Below, piece after piece: positions 20,762 to 31,093 of a stretch of 64,000 nt of DNA (position 1 is its first letter; each line of letters opens with the position of its first letter). The translations under genes and the position numbers were made by a program. The stretch lies in NCBI GenBank assembly GCA_040768745.1, contig JAXGMI010000001.1, forward strand, positions 576,001 through 640,000. Reading direction: 5' to 3'. This DNA comes from Desulfomicrobium sp. Its GTDB lineage: Bacteria; Desulfobacterota; Desulfovibrionia; Desulfovibrionales; Desulfomicrobiaceae. The notes under the pieces were generated by a model that was not told the DNA's origin, ran no database searches, and saw only the letters and a list, made by a program, of their open reading frames with translations.

Positions 20762-22345
20762 ATGACACCAGGTCAGCGTTATTTTACTGTATTGGAAAAA
20801 GCCGGAGAACATGGTCGCCGGGAAGATCTGCTTCGACTGAAGCTCTACATTAATGGCGAATGGCGAGAATCCGCCTCCAAGGCTCCCTACCGGGACGGCT
20901 ATAACCCGTCGACGGGCGAAGTGATTGCTAAGATTCCCCAGTGTACCGTGGCCGAACTTGACGAAGCTGTCGCCGCAGCCAAGGCCGCCTATCCGGCATG
21001 GTCACGCACGCCGGTGCGCAGTCGCGTGCAGGTGTTGTTCCGCATGAAGGCATTGATGGATCAGCATGTTGACGAATTGACAACGCTCCTGTGCCGGGAA
21101 CAGGGCAAAACGCGTTCCGAGTCTAAAGGCGACATCGTCAAAGCCATAGAGGTCGTGGAATTTGCCTCCGGGATGCCGCAGCTGATGAAGGGCGAGTCCA
21201 TCATGAACGTCTCCAAGGGCTACGACACGGTGCTTTACCGTGAATCCATGGGCGTCTTCCTCGGACTGGTGCCGTGGAACTTCCCGGCGATGATCCCGCA
21301 CGGCTGGATGATTCCTCTCTGTATTGCCGCAGGGAACACGTTTGTGCTCAAATCCGCGACCAATTGTCCCCAGAGCTCCATGCGCATCATGGAACTCTGG
21401 GAAGAAGCCGGATTGCCCAAAGGTGTCGTGAACATTGTCACTGCCAATGTCTCGGATGTAGAACACCTTATCAAGCACCCCGACATCGTCGGTGTCAGCT
21501 TTGTAGGCTCGACATCCGTGGCCATGACCGTCTACAGTCAGGCCGCCGAGGCCGGCAAACGCGCGCAGTGTCTCGGCGAAGCCAAAAACCACGCCCTTGT
21601 CACGGCCGATGCACATCTCGAGCGGAGCGCTGCAGGCATCATCAATGCATTCTGCGGCTGTGCCGGCGAGCGCTGCATGGCTCTGCCCGTCGTCGTGGCG
21701 GAAGAAGCCATCGCCGACCGCCTTGTGGAACTCTTGGTGAAACAGGCACAGGAACAGACCCTCGGGTGTGCCTATCTGCCGGATACGAAGATGGGGCCAC
21801 TGGTGAATGCCCGCCATAAGGAATCCGTAGAAAAATGGATTGCGAAAGGCCTCGAAGAAGGCGCCAAAATGGTGCTGGATGGCCGAGGCGTAAAAGTTCC
21901 CGGTTATGAAAACGGCTTCTTTGTCGGCCCCACCATCCTTGATCATGTAACTGAAGACATGACCGTCGGCTCGCAGGAAATCTTCGGCCCCGTGCTGTGC
22001 ATTAAGCGCGTGAAGAATTTCGAGGAAGGCTTGGAACTCATGAACCGCAATCCTTTTGCCAACGGTTCTGTCATCTATACCTCTAGCGGTTACTACGCCC
22101 GTGAATTTGCATTTCGCACGCATGGCGGACAAGTAGGCATCAACGTGGGGATTCCTGTTCCCATGAGCATTTTCGGTTTCACCGGTCACAAGAAAAGCTT
22201 CATCGGTGACCTTCATGTCATGGGAATGGACGGCGTGCGCTTCTACACGGAAAGCAAAAATGTCACGAGCACGTGGTTCACGGCGGAAACAGAAGCCAAA
22301 GTCGATACTTGGGACGGTATGGTCGCTGCCGGACATAAAAACTGA
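20762..22345 (+). CDS. CoA-acylating (methyl)malonate-semialdehyde dehydrogenase (MmsA/IolA family)
   Basis: Motifs PWNFPAMIP, FVGST, GEAKNH, GCAGERCMALP, EIFGPV, GQVGINVGIPVP. Confidence 0.9.
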   Translation: MTPGQRYFTVLEKAGEHGRREDLLRLKLYINGEWRESASKAPYRDGYNPSTGEVIAKIPQCTVAELDEAVAAAKAAYPAWSRTPVRSRVQVLFRMKALMDQHVDELTTLLCREQGKTRSESKGDIVKAIEVVEFASGMPQLMKGESIMNVSKGYDTVLYRESMGVFLGLVPWNFPAMIPHGWMIPLCIAAGNTFVLKSATNCPQSSMRIMELWEEAGLPKGVVNIVTANVSDVEHLIKHPDIVGVSFVGSTSVAMTVYSQAAEAGKRAQCLGEAKNHALVTADAHLERSAAGIINAFCGCAGERCMALPVVVAEEAIADRLVELLVKQAQEQTLGCAYLPDTKMGPLVNARHKESVEKWIAKGLEEGAKMVLDGRGVKVPGYENGFFVGPTILDHVTEDMTVGSQEIFGPVLCIKRVKNFEEGLELMNRNPFANGSVIYTSSGYYAREFAFRTHGGQVGINVGIPVPMSIFGFTGHKKSFIGDLHVMGMDGVRFYTESKNVTSTWFTAETEAKVDTWDGMVAAGHKN

Positions 22346-22474
22346 TACCCGGACGGGACGAGACCATTTGAAAGGTGCATGAGGAGTAGTGATGCTATCC
22401 GGATAGATAAAACCTATCATACTCTTCACTAGACAAGAATGAAAAGCATCTAAAAAAACTCGAGGTCATTTGTT

Positions 22475-24151
22475 ATGGCTATGTTGAAGCAGCTTCGCAA
22501 AGGAAGCGAAATTCTGATGGAAATGTTTAAGGGACATGGTGTCACACATGTATTCTATATGGAAGCAGTACTTCGTTACACCATGCTGGAGATGGAGAAG
22601 GTAGGCATTAAGCGCGTTTTGTGTCACTCAGAAAAAGGGGCTGCGTACATGGCAGACGGCTATGCACGGGCCACAGGCAGACCCGGAGTGTGTCTCGCTC
22701 AATCTGTTGGTGCCGCCAATCTGGCTGCTGGATTACAGGACGCATACCTTTCGCATTCTCCAGTTTTGGCGATAACTGGATGCAAGCCTTCAGCTGAAAA
22801 ACATCGAAATACATACCAAGAACTTGATCATTGGCCTCTTTATCAACCCGTTACCAAGTATAATGTATCCATCCAGACAACAGACGAGTTGCCTCAAGCA
22901 CTCAGACAAGCCTTTAGAGAGGCTATGACCGGCGCGCCCGGACCTGTCCATCTGGAGTTTCCTCAGCATCAGGGTATGCATATAGAATTGGGGGAAACTG
23001 AAGGTGGAACGACTGTTGACAAGCGATTCGCCCAATTGCCCCCGTTCAGACCATACCCCGATCCTGCAGATTTGGCCGAGGTTGTTAAGCAAATCTATGA
23101 CGCCGAGCGTCCTGTCTTGGTAATCGGCCTTGGCGCTGTCCTCTCTGGTGCGGGGCCTGAATTAGCCGCCATCATCGATAGATTAGGCATCCCTTTTGCG
23201 ACGACCATGGACGGAAAGGGCCTTGTTCCCGACACGCATCCTCTTTGTGTCGGCCCCATTGGCGGGTATGGCCGCAAGTGCGCAAACGCTATCCTGGCTG
23301 AAGCCGATCTCGTGGTGTTCATCGGGTCTGGCTTGGACGATCAGGTGACTAACAAATGGTCCCTGCCCTCTCAGGACACCCACGTTATCCAAATCGATAT
23401 CGATCCGTCGGAACTGGGGCGCAATTACATGAATAGCGCCAGCATAATGGCAGATGCAAAAGCTGCGGCATCGTCCATCCTGCCATTGCTCACGGGAGCG
23501 CACAAAAGTGTTGCCTGGGCGCAGAAGGCCACGGCAAGTGTCAACGCATGGCGGCAGGCTCAAGCAGAAATCAGGGCAAGCGACAGTTGCCCTATTAGTG
23601 CGGAACGATTGTGCCATGAAGTGCAACAAGCCTTGCCTGCAAATGCCGCACTCGTGGCGGACACAGGATTTTCCGCTATCTGGGCGGGTTCGTTTATCGA
23701 GTTGACACAGCAAGGGCAACGCTTTTTCCGACCTGGCGGCGGTTCTCTTGGTTGGGGGTTCCCTGCATCACTGGGAGTGAAATGCGGCATGCCGGAAAGA
23801 CCCGTTGTATGTTTTACCGGCGACGGCGCCTTCTGGTATCATCTAAATGAACTGGAAACAGCTGTTCGACATAAAATCAATACTGTGACAGTATTGAACA
23901 ATAATGGCGGACTTGGACAATGCTATAGAGGAATAAAAGCTCTTTATAACGGAATAACAGGGCGATCAGAGGATCTTTATGAATATTCGAATGTGAATTT
24001 CGCGGAGCTTGCTGAAAAAATGGGCGCATTTGCTATTCGAGTTAAAAACGCCAAAGACATTGCCCCTGCGTTACGCGAAGCGCTTTCGGCGAATAAGCCT
24101 GCTGTAGTAGAGGTTCTTACAAATATAGCAGGAGACCCACAAGAATATTAA
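22475..24151 (+). CDS. Thiamine diphosphate-dependent enzyme (acetolactate synthase/decarboxylase-like)
   Basis: Motifs HSEKGAAYMADGYAR and PGPVHL, plus the ThDP motif GDGAF...NNN. Confidence 0.9.
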   Translation: MAMLKQLRKGSEILMEMFKGHGVTHVFYMEAVLRYTMLEMEKVGIKRVLCHSEKGAAYMADGYARATGRPGVCLAQSVGAANLAAGLQDAYLSHSPVLAITGCKPSAEKHRNTYQELDHWPLYQPVTKYNVSIQTTDELPQALRQAFREAMTGAPGPVHLEFPQHQGMHIELGETEGGTTVDKRFAQLPPFRPYPDPADLAEVVKQIYDAERPVLVIGLGAVLSGAGPELAAIIDRLGIPFATTMDGKGLVPDTHPLCVGPIGGYGRKCANAILAEADLVVFIGSGLDDQVTNKWSLPSQDTHVIQIDIDPSELGRNYMNSASIMADAKAAASSILPLLTGAHKSVAWAQKATASVNAWRQAQAEIRASDSCPISAERLCHEVQQALPANAALVADTGFSAIWAGSFIELTQQGQRFFRPGGGSLGWGFPASLGVKCGMPERPVVCFTGDGAFWYHLNELETAVRHKINTVTVLNNNGGLGQCYRGIKALYNGITGRSEDLYEYSNVNFAELAEKMGAFAIRVKNAKDIAPALREALSANKPAVVEVLTNIAGDPQEY

Positions 24152-24191
24152 GATAAAACGCGAAAAATTGCACACTATCCTGAAATAGTCG

Positions 24192-24441
24192 CAGCTAGGC
24201 AAGCTTACACAGAATTCGTACATTGAACGGTCCAACAAGACCTACAGGGAAGAGGTCCTGGACTTCTACCTGTTCAAATCCCTCACGGAAGTGAAGGAAA
24301 TTACGGAGAATTGGCTGAGGCAGTACAACGAGGAGCGGCCCTATGAGTCTCTTGGCAATTTGACCCCGGCAGAGTTCCTCATGAAAAATTCACCCAAGGA
24401 AGTCTCTCCTTTTGGAGAGCACTAACTTGGGGAGGTTTACA
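24192..24441 (+). mobile_element. IS3-family remnant: C-terminal transposase fragment plus right end
   Basis: 24192-24425 translates QLGKLTQNSYIERSNKTYREEVLDFYLF...WLRQYNEERPYESLGNLTPAEF, a degenerate IS3 integrase-core C-terminus; the element ends ...GGGGAGGTTTACA. Confidence 0.8.
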
Positions 24442-25355
24442 ACACATTTTACCACGGAGATTCTTATGCGTCTTCTCACCTTGGCAAGTATTGTCTTCAG
24501 TTTGTTGTTTATGGCGCCTCATTCAGGGCAGGCGGCAATCACATTGAAAGCAGCGTATACCAATGTTGAAGAACATCCTCAGGCAGCTGGCTTTGCGCTT
24601 TTCAAAAAGCTTGTGGAAGAACGCAGTAACGGTGAGTTGAAAATCGAGCTGTATGGAAGCGGAAAATTTGGTTATGCAGAAGCTATCATGCAAGGGCTGC
24701 AGATGGGTGTTCTTGCCATAGGCGGTGAATCTCCTGGCAACTACTCTGTCTATGATCCGAGCATAATGGTGCTTGACCTTCCCTATCTGTTTCCGGACTA
24801 CGCATCAGCAGAACGCTTTTTCCTCACCAAGGAAGCCTTTGAGCTGACAAAAGCCTTTGAAAGCAAGGGGGTAACACTGCTCGGCTTTATGCACCTTGGT
24901 TACAGAACCATTTTCAGCAACCGTCCCATCACCTCTCTGGAGGATGCCAAAGGGCTTAAGATACGCACAACCGCATCCAAGGTTGAAATCGAAACAATCA
25001 AGGCGTTTGGCATGAATCCCACGCCGATGTCCTGGGGGGAAGTCTACACCTCGCTTCAACAGAAGACCATTGACGGGATCAATACTGACATCAACTTGGC
25101 GTGGGTAAACAAGTTCTATGAAGTATGCAAGTATGTTACGCTTAGCAATAACAACTACTGCCCACTTATGATTTTTGTATCCAACAGCCATTGGAATAAG
25201 CTTTCTCCTGAGCATCAGAAGATTGTAAAGGAATCCTTTGATGAAGGTCTGGCTTTGCAGCGAAAGCTTATTTTTGAAAATGCCAAAACTCTGTAAGCGC
25301 TCAGACATCCGCATTTTCCACGGGCGTCCCTGACCTGCGATAGAAGCAGGAGTCT

Positions 25356-26909
25356 TTACTTTTTGCGAGGCTTGGGCTTGGGAAGGCTTGGGAGAAGGGA
25401 TTTGTCCACGTGCTGCGGCATGAGCGCCCGCATGTCTTCCGTGGTCCGTGCTGCGGGGAAGCGTTCGAAGAGGAATTTCAGGTAGGCTTGGGGCTCGATC
25501 TCGTTGGCCTTGGCGGTTTCCACCAGGGAAAAGAGCATGGCGCTGGCGTCAGCGCCCTTGGGGACTCCGGCAAAGAGCCAGTTCTTCCGGCCCAGGGCCA
25601 CGGGGCGGATGGCGTTCTCGGCCGTGTTGTTGTCGGGCGTGAGCAATCCGCAGTCCACGTAGCGCACGGCCCGGCTCCACTGGTTGCGGGCGTAGGTCAT
25701 GGCCTGTCCGAGCAGGCTTTTGGGCGGGACGTGGTCGATGCGCTCGTCGAGGATGGCCCGTATTGCGTTGAGGATGGGAACTGCTTGCTCCAAGCGCATT
25801 GGTACCTTTTCCTCCGGCTCCAGTTCTTTGATATTGTGCTCGACCTTGTAGAGCAGACCGATGAGATCCAGGATTTCCTTGGCCGTCCCGTGCGTGATCT
25901 TCTTTGAGGTCGCTTTCTGGACGTCCATGAACTTACGACGGATGTGGGCCATGCAACCGACATGGATGATGCCGTCCGATTCGCCGAGAGCCTGGTACCC
26001 GGAGTAGCCGTCGGTCTGGATGTAGCCCTTGTACTCGCCCAGATACTCCTTGGGGACAGAGCCCGACCTGGTCGGGTCGTAGCAATAGACCACGGTCGGC
26101 CGATCTGGATTGCCGCCACGGAAGAGCCACAGATACGATGTGGAAGTATCGGATCGCCCTGGTTCGTTGAGTACTTGCAGTGTGGTTTCGTCCATGTTGA
26201 TGACCGGGCCGGAGCGGATTTCCGCCTGGAACAGTTCATGGAGCGGCTCCAGCGCCTTGGCCACGGCCATGGCCCATCCGGACATGGAATGACGCGGGAT
26301 GTCCACGCCCAAGCGGGCAAACTGCTTGGTCTGGCGGTAGAACGGCATGGCATCGACGAACTTGGCGGTAATGACCTGGGCCAAGAGGCTCGGCGTGGCG
26401 ATGCCCTTGGGGATGATCTGCGGCGGCATGGGTGCGATACGCACCACCGGCATACCCTCCTCTCCGTCGCAGGCCGGACAGGCGTACTTCGGGCGGATAT
26501 GGCGTTCTACCCGCATGACGGCCGGGACGTAATCGAGCTTTTCGGAGACTTCTTCGCCGATGCGCTTCAGGCAGGCTCCGCAAGAGCAGAGTTTCTGGTC
26601 TTCGGGCAGATCGTGAACGACTTCGATGCGCGGCAGGTGATCCGGCAGAGGCTTGCGTCCCCGCTTGGCTCTGGTGTGGGCCGGGACTTCGACGACGGGC
26701 ATTTCCGCAGGCTTCGCCTCTGCGATCCTAACCAAGGGCAGAGGTAGGATGCCTTGGTAGAGGTCTTTGGATTTCTCGGACTTGGGAGCATACAGGGCGG
26801 CCTGCAACAGGGCCACGCGATCCTGGAGATGGCGGTTTTGCTGGTAGTAATCCCAGACCAGATGCTTGAGTTGCCCGATGTCATCGGGAAGGTTCTCGAT
26901 GTCTCCCAT
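25356..26909 (-). CDS. tnpC: IS66 transposase TnpC
   Basis: Motifs NMDET, QTDGYSGY, CMAHIRRKF, DNNTAENAIRPVALGRKNWLF; CxxC zinc finger. Confidence 0.95.
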   Translation of the reverse strand: MGDIENLPDDIGQLKHLVWDYYQQNRHLQDRVALLQAALYAPKSEKSKDLYQGILPLPLVRIAEAKPAEMPVVEVPAHTRAKRGRKPLPDHLPRIEVVHDLPEDQKLCSCGACLKRIGEEVSEKLDYVPAVMRVERHIRPKYACPACDGEEGMPVVRIAPMPPQIIPKGIATPSLLAQVITAKFVDAMPFYRQTKQFARLGVDIPRHSMSGWAMAVAKALEPLHELFQAEIRSGPVINMDETTLQVLNEPGRSDTSTSYLWLFRGGNPDRPTVVYCYDPTRSGSVPKEYLGEYKGYIQTDGYSGYQALGESDGIIHVGCMAHIRRKFMDVQKATSKKITHGTAKEILDLIGLLYKVEHNIKELEPEEKVPMRLEQAVPILNAIRAILDERIDHVPPKSLLGQAMTYARNQWSRAVRYVDCGLLTPDNNTAENAIRPVALGRKNWLFAGVPKGADASAMLFSLVETAKANEIEPQAYLKFLFERFPAARTTEDMRALMPQHVDKSLLPSLPKPKPRKK

Positions 26910-26956
26910 GCAAGAATATTTAGCAATAATATCTTGAAATAGCAAGATATTTGTCA

Positions 26957-27307
26957 CTATAGAACCGATCTGTAGTACAACCGCTGATGTGCTCCTTGCG
27001 GCGTGAGCGTGAGTCCATCGAGGAGCCAGCCAAGCTGTTGCGGGGTGATATTCATGACCTCTGACGCCCGCTCGGGCCAGCAGAATCGATGCTTCTCCAG
27101 GCGCTTGTGCCAGAGGCAGAAGCCGTTGCGATCCCAGTACAGCACCTTGATGGCGTCGCGCCTGCGGTTGCAGAAGACAAAGAGGTGTCCGGAAAAGGGG
27201 TCCAGATCGAGAATGCCCTGGGCCGTCATGCTCAGTCTGTCGATGCCGGCGCGCATGTCCGTGGTACCGGGGGCGAGATAGACCTTGGCCGCGGGCACCC
27301 TCAGCAT
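26957..27307 (-). CDS. tnpB: IS66 accessory protein TnpB
   Basis: Motifs TDMRAGIDRL, LFVFCNRRRD, KVLYWDRNGFCLWHKRLE. Confidence 0.95.
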   Translation of the reverse strand: MLRVPAAKVYLAPGTTDMRAGIDRLSMTAQGILDLDPFSGHLFVFCNRRRDAIKVLYWDRNGFCLWHKRLEKHRFCWPERASEVMNITPQQLGWLLDGLTLTPQGAHQRLYYRSVL

Positions 27308-27627
27308 CGGGCTTCCAGCACGGTCAGCAGCTTGGTCAGCGTGGCTTCGTCGAAGTCAGCCGGGATATCGAGAGCGTAACGCTTACCGACCAGCAGGCCA
27401 ATGGACGGGGCTTTCGAGGCGAACGTAAGCGGCAACGCCACAAGAGCAGGAATTGAGGTGGATTCGCCACCAGAAGATGATCGGGACTTTGTTATCCAGT
27501 ATTGGAACGTGCTCAAAGCCAAACCATTTTCGCGACAGTATCGGGTCTTGCCGAGGCCACTCTCCCGCCATTGCCGGACATGCGCCATCCAGCGTGCCGC
27601 GTGATTCTGTGCAAATTGAGATTTCAT
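27301..27627 (-). CDS. tnpA: IS66 accessory protein TnpA
   Basis: HTH-like W..SGL...YCRENGLALSTFQYW; first ORF of the IS66 element. Confidence 0.88.
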   Translation of the reverse strand: MKSQFAQNHAARWMAHVRQWRESGLGKTRYCRENGLALSTFQYWITKSRSSSGGESTSIPALVALPLTFASKAPSIGLLVGKRYALDIPADFDEATLTKLLTVLEARC

Positions 27628-27984
27628 GAAGACCTCCTTGAATTGGAGGCCCATTATCTCACATGAAAAATTTATGGATAGATGCGGACAGGTGAGCGCT
27701 TACAAAACTCTCCGAAAAAAGATGGAAGAAGCGGGTGTGAAGTTCATTGATCTGCCTGACGCCGAACTTGCCCGTTGGAAGGATGCAACCAAAACTGTGG
27801 GTGAGAAGGTTAAGGATATCATTCCTCTGGAAAAACAGGAGCGGATTAAGAGCCTTATTAAGTAACTTCGTACAGAGAGATACCATCAACCAAACGAGGC
27901 TCAATCGATCAGGAAAGCTTGTCTCTGACAGCCAGAGGCTTTCCTGATCGATTTTTATATTTTTGGATACCCTCTGGAGGAATC

Positions 27985-28470
27985 ATGAAAGTTATTGAGC
28001 GTCTCGAGGAATACATTCCCATCATTTTCCTCTTCATCCTTTTTATTGTGCTCATTGTACAGACTTTTTTCCGCTACGTCCTTTCTAACTCTCTGCTCTG
28101 GCCGGAAGAGATCGCCCGGTATGCTTTTATTGCCCTTGTCTACTTTGGCTCAGGCGTTTCTGCGAGGGAAGGGCGCCACCTTGAAATCAGTGTGTCGAAG
28201 ACTTTATTAGGAGAAAAAATTAGGCGTATTCTGGTCGTTCTGACTTCCGTCATCACCACCGGCTATTGTATTCTCATGACTATCTGGGGTTTTGACATGG
28301 CAATGTTCGTCAAGGAAAGCCAACAAGTTTCCGCATCTATTCCTATTCCTACTTATATATTTTATCTATGTATCCCTATTGGAATGATTTGGATGGCAAT
28401 AAGAACTATAACATTTGGAAAAAAAGATCTTCGTGCTCACCATACGACAGAAGACATACCAATCATATAG
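27985..28470 (+). CDS. TRAP transporter small permease DctQ
   Basis: RYVLSNSLLWPEEIARY motif, four TM helices; GGAGG RBS. Confidence 0.9.
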   Translation: MKVIERLEEYIPIIFLFILFIVLIVQTFFRYVLSNSLLWPEEIARYAFIALVYFGSGVSAREGRHLEISVSKTLLGEKIRRILVVLTSVITTGYCILMTIWGFDMAMFVKESQQVSASIPIPTYIFYLCIPIGMIWMAIRTITFGKKDLRAHHTTEDIPII

Positions 28471-28502
28471 TATTTTATTTACTATAGACAAGGAACTTCA
28501 TC

Positions 28503-29783
28503 ATGGAATTGCCGATTATAGTCAGTGCTATTTCATTAGTTTTTTTTCTCATAATAAGTGTACCCATCGGTGTTGCTATGGGTCTGTGCGTTGCGCTAGG
28601 GTTGCTTGTGGGCGATCTACCCCCTCAACTCATGATGCAAAAAATGTACATGGCACTGGACAGCTTTCCATTGCTGGCAGTACCTTTATTTATTCTTTCC
28701 GGTGAAATTATGCAGAAAGGTTCCATGGCCAACTCTCTGCTTAAACTTTCTCGCTCGCTGGTTGGCCACATCCATGGTGGCATGGCACATATATCTGTAC
28801 TTACAGCTTTATTTTATGGCGCCCTGTGCGGCTCTGCCCCTGCCACGGTTGCTGCTGTTGGCGGGATTATGATCCCAGCCATGGAAAAGGAAAAATATCC
28901 CCTGCGTTATGCTACTGCCGTCAACACCACGGCAGGCTGTCTGGGCGTGCTTATCCCTCCCAGCGTTCCCCTCATAATTTACGGTACGCAGGCAAACATT
29001 TCAATCAGTGATCTGTTTATTGCCGGTATTATGCCCGGGATATTAGTAGGCGTATTGTTAATTATCATGTGTTATGTCGTATGCAAAATCAAAAAGTACG
29101 GCATAACTCAGCCCAAGGCAACTTTCAAGGATATAATTCTTGGTTTATCTAGTGCTGGCTATGCACTTGTTGTGCCGGTGGTTGTGTTGGGTGGTATTTA
29201 TGGTGGTATTGTCACGCCGACAGAGGCCGGTGCCATTGCAGCCTTTTATGCCTTGATTGTCGAGGTTTTTATTACGCGCTCCCTAAATGCCAAAGGCATT
29301 GTTGATGTCTTTTGGAGTACAGTTGTTTCCACGGCTACCATCTTCTTTATTGTAGCTCCAGCCACGGCGCTTGGTCAGTTGCTCCTTATCTACAACGTTC
29401 CCGACGTCGTGACCGGACTTATGGCAGGGATTATCGACAATAAGTATCTCCTGTTGTCTTTGATCATTGCCATCCTGCTGTTTACGGGAACATTCATGGA
29501 CACGATTTCCAACATCGTCTTGTTTACTCCTCTCTTTATGCCTGCGGTGCTTAAGGCCGGTGTTGATCCCGTGCATTTCGGAGTCATCATGATTGTCGCA
29601 CTTGCCATTGGCTTCCTGACGCCGCCTGTTGGTGTAAACCTTTTTGTCGGGTGTGGAATCAGCAAGCTGAAAATTGAAGTACTGTCTGTTGCTGTCCTAC
29701 CATTTATCGCAGTACTTGCCGTAGCCCTGTTTACTATTGCCTTTATTCCGTCTATTTCTTTGATGCTTGTGCCAGCACGCTAA
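28503..29783 (+). CDS. TRAP transporter large permease DctM
   Basis: Motifs SFPLLAVPLFIL, LIPPS, TPTEAG, GVDPVHFG, TPPVGVNLFV. Confidence 0.95.
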   Translation: MELPIIVSAISLVFFLIISVPIGVAMGLCVALGLLVGDLPPQLMMQKMYMALDSFPLLAVPLFILSGEIMQKGSMANSLLKLSRSLVGHIHGGMAHISVLTALFYGALCGSAPATVAAVGGIMIPAMEKEKYPLRYATAVNTTAGCLGVLIPPSVPLIIYGTQANISISDLFIAGIMPGILVGVLLIIMCYVVCKIKKYGITQPKATFKDIILGLSSAGYALVVPVVVLGGIYGGIVTPTEAGAIAAFYALIVEVFITRSLNAKGIVDVFWSTVVSTATIFFIVAPATALGQLLLIYNVPDVVTGLMAGIIDNKYLLLSLIIAILLFTGTFMDTISNIVLFTPLFMPAVLKAGVDPVHFGVIMIVALAIGFLTPPVGVNLFVGCGISKLKIEVLSVAVLPFIAVLAVALFTIAFIPSISLMLVPAR

Positions 29784-29830
29784 CCTTTTGAGCAAAGGTC
29801 CTGTCTCACCAGCTTGCATATGGAGGCACC

Positions 29831-31093
29831 ATGGATTTATTTGACTACATCATCTCTGGTGCGCGGGTAATAAATCCCGCAACCTGCCTCGATGATGTTA
29901 TGGATATTGCCATTTCCGGCAAGTTGATTGCCCATATGGACAAAACTATTACCAATAATGATCCGCGCTTTGCCACAACAACGAAAATTATTGACGCGTC
30001 ATCTTGCCTTGTTACCCCCGGATGGGTTGATCTTCACTGCCATTTTTATCCTGATGACTATTATGGACTGATGCCTGACGATCCAGGAGTTCTGTCTGGG
30101 TGTACGTCTATTGTGGATGGCGGCAGTGCCGGGATGTTGACCTATAGTTATTTTTTCAACCGGTATATGGACAGGTCAAAGAGTAAAACCTACGCTTTTT
30201 TGCTGCATCATCCTATCGGACAGTTCTTTCAAGAAGAATGCTGGAAAAATGTTTTTGTCAATGCAAAAGCAACAGCAGAGTTTGTCAAGCAGACTCCTCG
30301 AATTGTTGGCCTAAAGGACAAGTTAACTGCCGACTTTGCTTGGTATCAGGGGATTGAGGGCGTGCGCCGTGCAATTGATATCGCTCATCTCTCCGAAAAG
30401 CCGTATGCAGTACATCTTGGCACCTCTACTCATCTCGTCACTCCCGACAAAAATGCTTCCGCCGATGCCGTTGAAAATGCTGTCCGAAGCTGTACGCTCG
30501 AACTGCTTGCCAGTCTTCGCAAGGGGGATATTATCTTTCATGCTTTTACAGGAAAGCTTGGTGGCCTTTTTACGCCCGATGGAGTATATGATCAGGCTGT
30601 GAGGGACGCTCTGAAACGAGGAGTTTTGTTGGATGCAAGTCTGGGCCGTGCCAATTTTGATTTAAACGCGTACACAATTGCTTTTAACAGAGGAATTATC
30701 CCGCACATCATCAGCTCGGATCTTGTGCAATTTGGGCTTCAAGATATTGTTTTCAATATGGGCGCAATCCTTTCTCGGTTTATGGGAAATGGACTTTCTT
30801 TATCAGAAATTATCGCCAGAGCAACACTGCATCCTGCAAAGGCCGTATGTCTTGCTCCAGGGACAGGCGAACTTTATGCTGGCGGCCCGGCAGATATAAC
30901 CGTCACATCTATGGAAGAAGGAGAGTTCATATTTACGGACAAAATGAACGGGACAGAGTTTACCAGCACGCATTTTTTCCGTCCCCGAATAAGCTTTGTC
31001 GACGGCATTCCGTACAAGGTTCATCACCATGGCCTGTCGGGTACTTCCCCATGGACAGGATCGATTTTGCCAGAAGAATATCCTTTCTGTTGA
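29831..31093 (+). CDS. Amidohydrolase-superfamily metallohydrolase (dihydroorotase/deacetylase-like)
   Basis: PGWVDLHCH (HxH motif), DGGSAG, VGLK, FHAFTGK, ISSD, PADIT. Confidence 0.82.
   Translation: MDLFDYIISGARVINPATCLDDVMDIAISGKLIAHMDKTITNNDPRFATTTKIIDASSCLVTPGWVDLHCHFYPDDYYGLMPDDPGVLSGCTSIVDGGSAGMLTYSYFFNRYMDRSKSKTYAFLLHHPIGQFFQEECWKNVFVNAKATAEFVKQTPRIVGLKDKLTADFAWYQGIEGVRRAIDIAHLSEKPYAVHLGTSTHLVTPDKNASADAVENAVRSCTLELLASLRKGDIIFHAFTGKLGGLFTPDGVYDQAVRDALKRGVLLDASLGRANFDLNAYTIAFNRGIIPHIISSDLVQFGLQDIVFNMGAILSRFMGNGLSLSEIIARATLHPAKAVCLAPGTGELYAGGPADITVTSMEEGEFIFTDKMNGTEFTSTHFFRPRISFVDGIPYKVHHHGLSGTSPWTGSILPEEYPFC

Larger units (their letters stand above)
25293..27703 (-). mobile_element. 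Complete IS66-family insertion sequence
   Basis: Terminal IRs GTAAGCGCTCAGACATCCGCAT and GTAAGCGCTCACCTGTCCGCAT; 8-bp TSD AAAACTCT at 25285-25292 and 27704-27711; tnpA-tnpB-tnpC present. Confidence 0.97.
24466..27865 (+). pseudogene. TRAP transporter substrate-binding protein DctP, interrupted by IS66
   Basis: The 5' part (24466-25292) and 3' part (27712-27865) rejoin in frame (..ENAKTL|RKKMEEAGVKF..) after removing the IS and one TSD copy; motifs KGLKIR and PTPMSWGEVYTSLQQKTIDG. Confidence 0.9.

Noticed and set aside
27626..27865. Independent 79-aa gene
   Set aside because: It is the detached DctP C-terminus read through from the IS66 end
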